Positions 35,598 through 46,834 of a stretch of DNA of 64,000 nucleotides are shown here, in pieces. A model generated the notes under the pieces. That model was not told where the DNA came from. It ran no database searches and saw nothing but the letters and a program-made list of their open reading frames with translations. Position numbers and translations under genes: made by a program. Source of the DNA: Nemertoderma westbladi (lineage: Eukaryota > Animalia > Xenacoelomorpha); contig JAUCBJ010006867.1 of assembly GCA_032718475.1 (NCBI GenBank), forward strand, positions 42,487 to 106,486, read 5' to 3'. Positions within the stretch are counted from its first letter, which is position 1. The number at the start of each line of letters is the position of its first letter.

Positions 35598-36331
35598 TAT
35601 AATTGCTGTGATAAAAACTTACAGCGAGTTTTGTGCATTTAATATAGTTTTGACCTGTGGATTTTAGCGCCAAGTTGGTTAGTGGGGCTGTACCCATAAG
35701 GACAGTCTCGTGTTTCGGCAAAATTGTAGTGACATCAGTAGTTTTACTTGAGGCTGAATTGTTTATTTTAACCGAGTTACGACTTACAGGGACGTTGGAC
35801 GACGTAGCTGATAACAAGATTCGCCGACAGTCGACAAGTTTGGTACGATTGGACGGAATAGAACATCCTCATCATTGGTACGCGACGGAGGTTGTTGACG
35901 TCTCTTGGGGTAAGTTGCGTTGCTACCGGTGTACTTGTGAGCCTTGCAAAAGTGAAAGTAATTCAGTTTCACCCAAGTAAAAATGTAAAGTCACAATTTA
36001 AAATGTGCTTAATTTAATAAATTAAATTAAATCCCAAATAAATATCGGGATTGAAGGTTTCCTGAACTAAGTCAGATTGCTTGATCGTGTTGGGAGCCAT
36101 ATCATACCATTGTTTTTTTTTTATATACCATACCATAACTTGAACAATTTGACTTGATAATTTCGTTAAAATAAAATTCGAATAAAGTTATTTGAATTTA
36201 AAATTTTGACTAGAAATTTTAGAAAATTATCCCTGCTATATGCAGCCAACTTTTCGATAAAATTTAGAACAATTTAGAATTTCAACACTCGGTGGAAACA
36301 CCAGAAAACTTTAACAGGTAAGTAAGTGGGT

Positions 36332-39300
36332 ATGTCGGACTTAGAAAATTGTGAGTCAGACTTACCTTCCACCCAAATACTCTCATGTGCTGGAAGTTCA
36401 TCCCAGCAGTCAGACGAAATCAGGAGTGACGACGGACAGCGACAGCCAGGATCGCCATCCGTAACTTGGGTTTTCCCGAGTCAGTCAGGAAGTCCAGCTG
36501 GCATAGAGGCGGGTCTGGATTCAGACCAGAGCATCAGTGGGAGTGAGTATTCCTTACATGGTATCTCGTTAAGAAAGAGTGCTGGGGGCTCGATGGCTCG
36601 AGCCACTCGACTATCCGCGGAATTAATTAGTGAAGTGAGTAGCAATGCAGGGGAGCTAGATAGGAGAACTATCATGATCAGACTATGTAAATACTTTGAT
36701 CGTATAATGCAAATTATTACTTCATTTCAACAACACATAAGTCATGCCGAGGGTACAAATCTCACTTACTTGTATGATAAGATGATAGAGTTACGAGTGA
36801 AATGTATTCTGGTAAGGGATGCATGTGAGAACGCTCGACAGAAATTACCTCAAGATCCGTTGGGAACAACGATAATACAGGTAAGGCCTGGGGTGACAGT
36901 AGAGGAAGAGTCCTGTTACAAAGGCATTGCCAAACAGATTGACGAGTTAACGGCATTTCTTCAGAGGAAGAAGGTAGTTATACCAGGTTTACCCCTGCAA
37001 CTATCTGCATCGTTGAATGCGGATCAACTCAAACCACCTCATCCGTTAAGTAGCGCTTATGACAAACCCTCATCGTCAGTTAATAAGTCGATAATCGCCA
37101 CTGAAAGTCGACAAGCGGATGTAGGAGACCCTTTTACTGACATCGATTCCGACCAATACACTTTATTACCAGAATGTGCCAAACGTAAAACAGACAGTGA
37201 TCTGCAGCAGCAGATTAAACATCAAGCAGCAGTGTTAGCTGATTTACGAAGGGAGAACGAGTTGCAACGAGTAAGAATCCAACGGCTACACGCTGAGGAA
37301 AATCGACAAACTGAGGAGAGATTAGAACAACATCGGATCGACATTGAAACTAGCCGCCAACTACAAGCAGCAGCATTGGAAGCAAACCGCCAACGCGAAC
37401 GTTTGCACTTTGAGGAATTTGTACTACAGGAACGGCGCGATTTAGAGAAACGACGAGAACTGCGCGATCGTTGCGAGTATACGGAGTGCACATCTGATTT
37501 AATCAGTGAAGTTGCAGATGTTTCTGAAAGATCGCCGAGTAAGCATGTCGTGGACAACCTTGGTACAGATGGATATGCGCTCGTTGCTACTAACAAGACA
37601 CCCAAAGTCACTAGCCATCCGTGATTGTTCAAGATTGAAGCTACTGATGAAGTCAGTAGAGATGCCACTGGGGTAGTGAAAAGTATGCAACGTGTCGATT
37701 CGATGGGGCGGCGAGCAACTCCTGCCGAGTGGGTGCCGGAAGAAGAGTATCATCGGCACAAAAAAGAACGCGATGAAATAAATTCGTCATCAAGTCGAAT
37801 ATTGACTATGGACGATATGACTCAGGTTCTAAGAACTGCTGTTCAACAAGAAATGGGAGCGGTTCATCAAAAAATAGGTGCTGTCCATCGCAGTGTTCAG
37901 CAAGAGTTAAGAGAGATTAAACTAGAGGTTAAGGAAGAAATCAACGAGTCTGGAGGACAGATTATGTCACGAACACCAATCGGTGTTCCTTTAGAATCCG
38001 ATTCTGAACAAGAAGGTATGTATTCTTTTGGTGATACTTATAAACCTAGTTACAGATTTACAGACACAGCAAGCAGACGCGGAGGAGGCAATGAGCCACC
38101 TAAGCAAAATGGGTCATTCTTAGCAGATTTAAGTGGTCCTAAAGGATCGACCTCGCCTACTCAAGAAATTTCATTTTTAGGTGAGTTAACGAGATTTGCA
38201 GCTCGACAAGGTCTACCTACACAGGAGACACCTAAGTTTAATGGCAATGCGAAATATTGGAGTACGTTTATCGAGTATGTGGATCGTAACATCAAGGATA
38301 AGGACTTTCCTCCGAATGAGATGTTTAATTATCTTTTAAAATCCTTGGAGAAAGATCCACTGACACTGGCAGAGAATTTCATAGGTAGTGAGGACGCTTT
38401 TGAACAAACCTATGAACGACTGCAGTCAGTTTATGGTGGAACCAATAGACGAGCACGCTCTATCATCGATGAGTTGGGTGCAGGTGGACTCATTGAGAGA
38501 CCAGTGGACTTAGTGAAATTGGTAGATGGAATTGAGAGTGCGATTAAAGTGCTGCCTAGGATAGGTTGCGAGCACTATTTAAGTCAACCTGAAGTATTGC
38601 GATCGATCATTCGACGTTTGAACTTCCGTTACCGACAAAAGTGGCGTCGACTGGAATGTGAACGAACTCTGAATGGACGAACAGTTGGTTTAGAACAAAT
38701 ATTGACACTCATTCGCACAGAGGCATTGGCAGAATTGCGCTCCGACTTTTCCGAAGAATATTTACAGCCAGAGAGACGCAGCGAAGTAAGACGTAGGATA
38801 GGTGATAAACCAGGTATAGTATTGAGCAGCATAGAATCGAAAATGTCATCTGCATCGCTCAATAATGAATCATTATACAAACAAGCGGATATTCCCCACG
38901 AGTTTCAGCACCAATCAGTAAGAAACTAAAGAGACAGGAATTAGGTTCCGATTTCAAAGGGTGCCAATTCTGTAAGTATATCGATGAGAAATATGGTAAT
39001 CATAAATTAGGAACATGTGACGAATTTAACAGGTTTGATGTTGAGAAACGTCGACTAGTAATACGACCACTAGATGCCTGCTGGAGGTGTTTGGGGGCGG
39101 GGCACCAACGTACACAGTGTCCTGACACGCTGAAACGCTGTCCAGATTGCGGTCGCAATCACCATCGCATATTGCACACCGCATCGCACACTCCAACGAA
39201 GAGGTTTCTCATGGATAATAATATTTCACCAACTAAGGTAATGTTAAACCCCAATTCATCAAAACCTGCAAAATTTACTTTCCCACTTTATTCAATGACA

Positions 39301-39430
39301 TCAAGATTCCAGACGGGTCATCAGATGAAGAAGAATGTGAATCAGGTAAGGCTGAGACTAACGAGCGTAGCGAGGAAACGAGTGCTGGACAGACATTTCT
39401 TACAGCCGCTCAGTCAGCTTCCTTCAGTGT
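36332..39430 (+). pseudogene. gag: gag of element C (one in-frame TGA at 37622-37624, two frameshifts)
   Basis: ORFs 36326-37624, 37625-38929 and about 38900-39477. FAARQGLPTQETPKFNG; knuckles CQFC, CWRC..GH..C and CPDC..HH..LH. Confidence 0.88.
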
Positions 39431-42400
39431 GGTACCAATTAAAGTTAAGGGGCGGAAGGGTTCGAAGAGAATACTAGTAGTATTGGATCCAGCTTCTACA
39501 CACAGCTACATCGATCGTCAAGTAGCTGATGTCATAACAGATGTTCACAACGCAACAGATATTGTGGTAGAAATGGGCACTATTCACGGCCAAGGTGATA
39601 TAAACGGTAAGGTTGTTAACGTAACTTTAGATTCTCTATTACCACGTGAGTATTATTCTATTTCAGAACGTAAATTGTTACCTTTAAAGGGGCAGAAAAT
39701 TGTTGCGCTTAAAAACTTTAGTGAAGTGCTGGGAAATGTTCCAGAACTATCTGAGAAGGAACGTAAGTACTTTGGAACTTTGAATGTCCCTGAGTGTAGA
39801 GTTAATTATAGGAGTGTAGCCATGTTAATAGGGCTTGATATTTTTGACGCACACCAAGTATGGGAGACCAGGCCACATCCACCCTTGCCAGGTATGCCAT
39901 ACGCATCACGAAGCGTGCTTGGGTGGTATACTAGATCGCCAAAGAATTTCATTGATGGTACAGGTAGGGTGCAGCATAAACTGTCTGAATGTAAGTTGAA
40001 TCAAGTTACCTCGATGGTACCAGATATAAATGTAAGTTACAATAAGCAAGTACAGAGTCCACGCGCGTTATTGGCCTGCGCAGATGGAAATCTATCTTAT
40101 TCATGTGAGTCAGATGAGGATCCTCTGGAAGACGAATGGGAGTCTGCTTCAGAAGAAGATGGAGCGAGTCTGTTTCGTGATGGAGCTTGCGCTTACACAT
40201 TCTTAAGTGAGGTTCATCGATTTACTGAGTTGAGGTCCTCAGCTCCACGAATAAAACAGTTGGAAGATCCATTAGCGACACTAGTCGATCTGGAATCTGC
40301 CAGAGATCTGATAGATCAGGAGCGAGAAATGAATAATAAAATCCTGCAGTGGTTAAACAAGGATTCCGCTGAGTCTGGAAGTTACGACATTAGCATGTCT
40401 GTCGAAGATATCCGATCACTAAAAATTATGGAAAGAACTGTGAATAAACTCGAAAACGGTCACTTTGAAGTGGGTATGTTGTGGAGACGCGAGGAGCCTG
40501 TGTTGATTAACAATTACGAACTAGCAGTGAGCCGTATGAAAGCGGTTCGAAAGCGACTATTAAAGGACCCAGAGATTCTCAGACAATATAAGTTTCAGAT
40601 AGATGACTATCTTCAGAAGGGTTACGCCATAAAGATGGAGAGACCTGATATAAGTCCACAGACTTACTATCTACCCCACCATTACGTCGTTCATCCAGAT
40701 AAACCAGGACGAGTGCGAGTGGTGAACGATTGCCGCCTACCATATCAAGGTATGTCTTTAAACAGCGAATTAATGGATGGTCCAAATTTAAACAATTTAC
40801 TAGCGAGTATCCTTATGCGATTCCGACAGCGTAAAGTCGCGTTTACTTGCGATATCGAGGCCATGTTCCACCAGGTCTACGCTCTCGACGCTGATAAAGA
40901 AAGTCTTAGATTTCTGTGGTACGATAATGACGAACTGAGTGGTGAACCAGTTGTTTACCAGATGGTTGTCCGCATTTTTGGCGCTCGAGACAGTCCCAAT
41001 GGGACATTGTGGATTCTAAAACATACTGCTGACTGTCAAACAGAACATTATCCCGCAGCAGTTATAGAGAGTGTCAAGCAGAGTTTCTATATGGACGATG
41101 GATTGGAGAGTTTGGATACCGAGGAGGAAGCTATAGATCTTGCCCACGGGATAAAGAGTTGCCTAGCAACAGGTGGATTTAACCTCACCAAATTTACAAG
41201 TAATTCTCCAGCCGTTATTGATTCGTTTGATAAGAAAGAGCGGGATAAAAGTCTTAGTGAAATCGAACTGGAGTTTGATGACATTCCTACTACCAGAGTG
41301 TTAGGACTCACTTGGAACCCATCTACAGACTGCTTCAGTGTTCGGGTGCGCGATGTAACAACAGCGCCAATATTGACAAAAAGAGTTTGTTTGTCAACTT
41401 TAAGTCGACTTTTCGACCCACTCAATTTAATTAGTCCAGTTATTCTTCAAGCGAGAATTTACATGAGATCGATATGGAAGGCTGGTGTAGAATGGGATAC
41501 ACCCATTATAGGCGAGGTAAGTGCATCATGGAGCGAGTGGGAGAGCCAATTACCAATACTCCGTGAGCTTAAATTTCCCCGCGTTTATTTTCCTTCACAA
41601 AGTAAATTCCCAACCGAAATGGATCTTCATTTATTTAGCGATGCAAGTGATAATGGGTTCGGAGTCACAGCTTATCTTAGGAGACAATTATCGGAAGGTG
41701 AGTTTGAAACGTCACTAGTGACGTCACGAGCTCGAATCCGACCATTGGAATATATGTCCACACCTCGTGCTGAACTTCAAGCAGCGTTATTGTCAGTGTC
41801 AGTAGCTAAGTCGGTAATCAAAGCATTATTAACCGATTTGACGGCTTATTATTGGACAGATGCGTCGATGGTATTGATTTATTTAAACCACGAACAGGTA
41901 CAGTTTCGTACTTTTGTAGCAAACCGCAGAGCAGAAATTCTTGATTTCACAACCAGGTTTCAGTGGCGACACTGTCCAGGTGAAATAAATCCTGCGGATA
42001 TTGCGTCCAGAGGAATGATGCCTTCTGAATTCTCAAAGTCTGGGGTACTAGACCTGTGGTTACACGGACCAGACTTTCTTAGGCAGTCTCAGGAACATTG
42101 GCCTGCGTTTCTTGACTATCGTAATGTTAAGCTGCCTGATGAAGCTGAAGTGAAGGTTGCTAAACATATCCGTTCTAAAGCCAAGGTAAGTCTTCGAACT
42201 CGTAAGACAACTGGCAAAAAGATGTCAATAGCTGCTGTGGGGCGGGAACTTTTAACGTCTCAAGATATTGGCTATCGCTATAACTACAGGTTACAAGACC
42301 ACGTATTGCCGTGGCAACATCCTGTAAATATGGTAAGTAGAGTTACACCTGTAGAAGTATCTTTAGATCAGTGTGAAGTGCCAGAAGTAACAGGTAATGT

Positions 42401-44330
42401 GCGTATCAATGCTTCAGAACCCGCACATTTGACTTTATATACTTTAAGATCTCGCACTACCAATGAGGTGAGTAATAAAAGGGAAGGGCTTCCACTTCCA
42501 CTCCCCATTGCCTCTGTTGGTGATTGGGGCCCAGTGGAGTCTGATGCCATAGAGGTTATTGATCTTACGGACATTGACAATAGTGTTAATATACTGAGTA
42601 ATCCGACAACAGATTTGGATAATGTTCCAGATTATCCGCCTGAAAGTATAATGGCAAAATCAATAGATATAGCTAAGGTGAGTGACATAGTGACGTCATC
42701 GGTTGACCCAGCGCTTAAAGTGCCGTATAAACAAAGGAAAATACCAACAATTTCAGATGACGATAGATATTTATTCGACCGACTTTATCTAACAAGTTCA
42801 TCTTGGATGGACATGGTTAGGAAAGCAGCGTGGATATGTCGTATTGCGACATTCTGTGGCAAGTCTAAGGGTTGGGATAGGTCTGACTGGCGTAAGAAAA
42901 TCATACGAGAAATGCCCCGCAGACTAACGCTGGATGAACTGGACAGAGCCGAACTGCTGATAATAAGACATTTTCAGATTAGGTTCTATTTACATGAGTA
43001 CAATTCATTGGCAATTGGGAAACCGATAGGACAGTCACCACTTGCCAAGTGGAGTCCTGTCATTGAAAATGACGTTTTATGTCACAATTCCAGGTTACAA
43101 TCTTGTGACATATCAAGTAAGTTTCTTTTCCCTATTATAATACCACCACATTTTGAGTTGCAATGTGCCATGATCTGGGATGCACATCTCAGACTTAAGC
43201 ACGCTGGCAAACATCATTGTTTGTCACATTTACGGCAACGATTTATGTTGATAGCTCCAACACGGGCGTTAAATGCCGTGTTGCGTGGGTGTATTACTTG
43301 TAAGAAGTTGAATGCTAGAATGGGACAACAACAAATGGGTAAGTTGCCTATTGCCCGCACACATTCACATCAGCCACCATTTACAAACACTGGACTCGAT
43401 TGTTTCGGTCCATTTCAGGTAAGGCGAGCACGTTCAATAATTAAACGATGGGGTTTAATTTGTATCTGCATGGCTAGTAGAGCCATTCACATTGAACGTG
43501 TCTCAGACATATCAACCAACGCACTTATTTTAGCTTTGAGACGCTTTATTGCCCGTCGGGGTAACGTTCGTGCTTTCTACTGCGACAAAGGCTCTAATTT
43601 TGTCGGTGGAGAAAACGAATTGAGCGCCTCATTTGACAATTTTGACGAAGTAAAAATCGTCGGTGAATTAGTTCCGAAACGCATTACTTGGAACTATAAT
43701 ACGGTAAACAGTCCCTGGCGTGGAGGCAGCTGGGAGAGACTCATTAAGTCTATTAAACTAGCCTTCTACAAGACAATGCCTACACATAAAGTATTGACAG
43801 ATGACGAATTGGTCACACTCTTTGTAGAGATAGAACACATTTTAAACTCTAGACCAATTGCAATGATACCGGACACTGACGATACTGTAATCGCACTGAC
43901 TCCGAATCATCTGTTGATGCAAAGTCCGACTCCTTTGGTTCCACATTCGTTCCCACAAGACAGTGACTTGTACAGTAGACGAGCGTGGAAGGTGACACAA
44001 TTACTAGCTGACAGGTTTTGGGATCTATGGCGAACGTATTATTTGCCATCCATAACCGCCAGGACTAAATGGTATGAGCAGTGTAGAAACCTATGCAAGG
44101 GTGATCACGTGCTGCTCGCAGAGGCCAATATTAGACGGAGACATTGGATGACTGGGGTTGTCATAGCAACATACCCAGACGTTAATGGTGTCATCCGAAC
44201 AGTCAAAGTTAGAACATTAAATCAAGAAGTTGTTGTGCGTCCAGTGCAACAACTGGTCCTGCTTGAGGAGTCTCGCTGTGAAAGTGGAGATTATTCTATC
44301 CCCAGCAAAAAAGCGAGAAAATCAAAATGA
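39429..44330 (+). CDS. pol: BEL/Pao Pol (protease, RT, RNase H, integrase) of element C, open for 1633 codons
   Basis: VLDPAS, YYLPHH, FYMDD, LFSDAS, HHCC finger, GLDCFGP, DKGSNFVG, GGSWERL, LNSRP, C-terminal G..RTVKVRT..RPV. Confidence 0.95.
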   Translation: MVPIKVKGRKGSKRILVVLDPASTHSYIDRQVADVITDVHNATDIVVEMGTIHGQGDINGKVVNVTLDSLLPREYYSISERKLLPLKGQKIVALKNFSEVLGNVPELSEKERKYFGTLNVPECRVNYRSVAMLIGLDIFDAHQVWETRPHPPLPGMPYASRSVLGWYTRSPKNFIDGTGRVQHKLSECKLNQVTSMVPDINVSYNKQVQSPRALLACADGNLSYSCESDEDPLEDEWESASEEDGASLFRDGACAYTFLSEVHRFTELRSSAPRIKQLEDPLATLVDLESARDLIDQEREMNNKILQWLNKDSAESGSYDISMSVEDIRSLKIMERTVNKLENGHFEVGMLWRREEPVLINNYELAVSRMKAVRKRLLKDPEILRQYKFQIDDYLQKGYAIKMERPDISPQTYYLPHHYVVHPDKPGRVRVVNDCRLPYQGMSLNSELMDGPNLNNLLASILMRFRQRKVAFTCDIEAMFHQVYALDADKESLRFLWYDNDELSGEPVVYQMVVRIFGARDSPNGTLWILKHTADCQTEHYPAAVIESVKQSFYMDDGLESLDTEEEAIDLAHGIKSCLATGGFNLTKFTSNSPAVIDSFDKKERDKSLSEIELEFDDIPTTRVLGLTWNPSTDCFSVRVRDVTTAPILTKRVCLSTLSRLFDPLNLISPVILQARIYMRSIWKAGVEWDTPIIGEVSASWSEWESQLPILRELKFPRVYFPSQSKFPTEMDLHLFSDASDNGFGVTAYLRRQLSEGEFETSLVTSRARIRPLEYMSTPRAELQAALLSVSVAKSVIKALLTDLTAYYWTDASMVLIYLNHEQVQFRTFVANRRAEILDFTTRFQWRHCPGEINPADIASRGMMPSEFSKSGVLDLWLHGPDFLRQSQEHWPAFLDYRNVKLPDEAEVKVAKHIRSKAKVSLRTRKTTGKKMSIAAVGRELLTSQDIGYRYNYRLQDHVLPWQHPVNMVSRVTPVEVSLDQCEVPEVTGNVRINASEPAHLTLYTLRSRTTNEVSNKREGLPLPLPIASVGDWGPVESDAIEVIDLTDIDNSVNILSNPTTDLDNVPDYPPESIMAKSIDIAKVSDIVTSSVDPALKVPYKQRKIPTISDDDRYLFDRLYLTSSSWMDMVRKAAWICRIATFCGKSKGWDRSDWRKKIIREMPRRLTLDELDRAELLIIRHFQIRFYLHEYNSLAIGKPIGQSPLAKWSPVIENDVLCHNSRLQSCDISSKFLFPIIIPPHFELQCAMIWDAHLRLKHAGKHHCLSHLRQRFMLIAPTRALNAVLRGCITCKKLNARMGQQQMGKLPIARTHSHQPPFTNTGLDCFGPFQVRRARSIIKRWGLICICMASRAIHIERVSDISTNALILALRRFIARRGNVRAFYCDKGSNFVGGENELSASFDNFDEVKIVGELVPKRITWNYNTVNSPWRGGSWERLIKSIKLAFYKTMPTHKVLTDDELVTLFVEIEHILNSRPIAMIPDTDDTVIALTPNHLLMQSPTPLVPHSFPQDSDLYSRRAWKVTQLLADRFWDLWRTYYLPSITARTKWYEQCRNLCKGDHVLLAEANIRRRHWMTGVVIATYPDVNGVIRTVKVRTLNQEVVVRPVQQLVLLEESRCESGDYSIPSKKARKSK

Positions 44331-44959
44331 TGTTCACGTAAGTGAACATTGAATTTCAGAAACCTTGTCATCGAAGGAGAAATATTGATACCGGTAAGTT
44401 ATATTTCCCATTGGGGCGGGCTTTTCGGATACTGAAATTCAAGAATCAAACAGTTAGAGATGTTGTGCTAACTACTAAGAGTTCAAATAAATATTATAAA
44501 ATATTTTCTATTTAAAATTATTTATGTCCGATAAATAATACAAGTAGAAAAATTAGGAATAGAAACTGAAACTTTCACACCGCTTGGCTTGGAGTGCATC
44601 GTGAGTAATGTAACTTGCTTAAATGTTGATAACGTTGCCTAGCAATGAGATGGATGTGACGTCCTAAGGCGAATCTTATTATCAAGCATTCTTCTTGATA
44701 ATACATGCTTGCTTTCTTTCTTTCTTGATTTTCTTATTTACTGCTAATTCTTTCTAGGGAGAGTACGCAGCGATTTTAGAATTCGCTAGTAGGTAAGATT
44801 AAAATTGGGACAGCGTCAGAATCCTATAACACGCTTCTACGTGCTAATCTGGGTAATCGTAACCAGGTGAGGCAATGCATTACTGCATGTACCTGGAACC
44901 TGTCGTGGTGTGAATGATAAACTGAAAAACTGAAACTGATTCCTCAACTAATTTCGCAC

Positions 44960-45174
44960 TATTCATTGGCTACGAATTATATATCCATATTCATTGGCTA
45001 CGAATTATATATCCATATTCATTGGCTACGAATTATATATCCATATTCATTGGCTACGAATTATATATCCATATTCATTGGCTACGAATTATATATCCAT
45101 ATTCATTGGCTACGAATTATATATCCATATTCATTGGCTACGAATTATATATCCATATTCATTGGCTACGAATT
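44960..45174. repeat. Perfect 28-bp tandem array (about 7.7 copies) in the 3' UTR of C
   Basis: TATTCATTGGCTACGAATTATATATCCA repeated with no spacers. Confidence 0.97.
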
Positions 45175-46834
45175 TTTACATTGGCATGTTAAATACAGAT
45201 TTGTGTATTATGTATGTAGCAAATCAATAGTGTACGTCCCTTTAACAAAGGGTTGATGATAATTATATATTAATTCATGTAAACTTGAAATATTTACTTG
45301 AAGGTTCTAATAATAATTACCTTTTGTATTCTTGAAATATTTAGTTTGATTTTAATAATAATAATATTTTCTACGTGCATGGTTATGGTTATAATATTTT
45401 ATCTTTAATTTGTATTCGTAAAGAATCTAGGTATAAAGCTTCAAAATGTTGTATACGCGTATCTGGAACTCTCACGTCGTGTGCCCAAATGGCTCAATCA
45501 GAAGCGCGCCAGACACTCAATCTGGAAGTTGTGGTTTCTATAATCTTAGAGTAGAGTAGTAGTTTTTTCGTAAATTGTCTTAAATTTATAAAAGTTTCTA
45601 AAGTTGTTTTTTTTTTGCTCATTTAGGTTAAGTATATACGTTGTTTTTGGAAGCATACGCACTGTAAAACCTATGTACAGTACTTCTGCTTGGGGCGGTG
45701 TTTTGATTATTGAGAGGCAGCAAATTTAACTGTTGCCAGGGTATCAGAAATAAATTTTGCGATAATAATATTTGGCGAATTTTATTTAATATTTACTGCA
45801 TCCAAACATATCAATTTGTAGAACGGCTGCTTATTGCATCAGCCGGAATTATATTCGTTTCCTAATATTTTATAATATGGTTATACTGAGTTAGCCACAT
45901 ACTCAGCTTTCCGAAATATCTGTGTATTAAGTTTTATACCAAATAACTTCGACATTTAATTCATCATGAAAAGTTTGTAGCTCTAGCCGTTTTGGCATGA
46001 CTATTACAGATTCACTCTGTAGTCTATGAAATTAACATCGCACTAAATGTCAGACCACCAAGGGATTTTATTTACCGCCTTTGATTTACTTAAAATGCTT
46101 GTGGCAGAATCTAACACACGTCCTATGTAGAATGATTTATTTGTGTTTCTATTAGGATTGACAGATTACTTCGATTTTCAAGACTTTTGCGGATAAAATT
46201 AATAATGTATTTCAATGGGGCTGTTCTGTTATTTATTGTTAATTATTAATTTTTGTATTATATAATCTCTCTTTATGTGATAAGTTAGAATTATGCGTTA
46301 GGACCATATTTTCAAAATTATATTAGTGAATAATTTAAATTAACTAACTATTTATGATGTACTACACTAAAATATTCATACGCGGTAATCTCATTGACCA
46401 ATAGCTCTGTCGAGCGTTGAGAAAGAGATACAACTTCAATATTCCAAATACAATATAATATAATAGGCTAACATCATATAGCCTAACTAACGGTAACGCA
46501 ATACAAGTATTAATACATCAGGCACAGCTACTACAATCTGTATGTAGGCCTATATATATAACCATAGGTACGGTACCGTATTTCGCCCTGTACTACACAC
46601 TACACAAACTCTACATACTCCCCCGCTAATAAAGCTAAAATATATAATATATATTTCAGGAAAAATCCGAAGAAACCGTTACAAAGGAGGATGTCATTAG
46701 TTCCGAAAGTCTATACCTAGTTACCAATTTAGTTACAGTTTAAGACTAACAATACTAAAGAAAATATTGATTACATACCCAAAAAAGGAAACCCTACTTT
46801 ACCAGTGCAATGTCTTTATGTGTGGCCTCCTAAT

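Noticed and set aside
44960-45174. CRISPR-like appearance of the 28-bp repeats (likewise the 41-bp and 74-bp arrays)
   Set aside because: Units are directly adjacent with no unique spacers, there are no cas genes, and the context is eukaryotic retroelement DNA.
44331-45690. env-like gene in C
   Set aside because: The only ORFs are translations of the 28-bp repeat; no signal peptide or transmembrane ORF.
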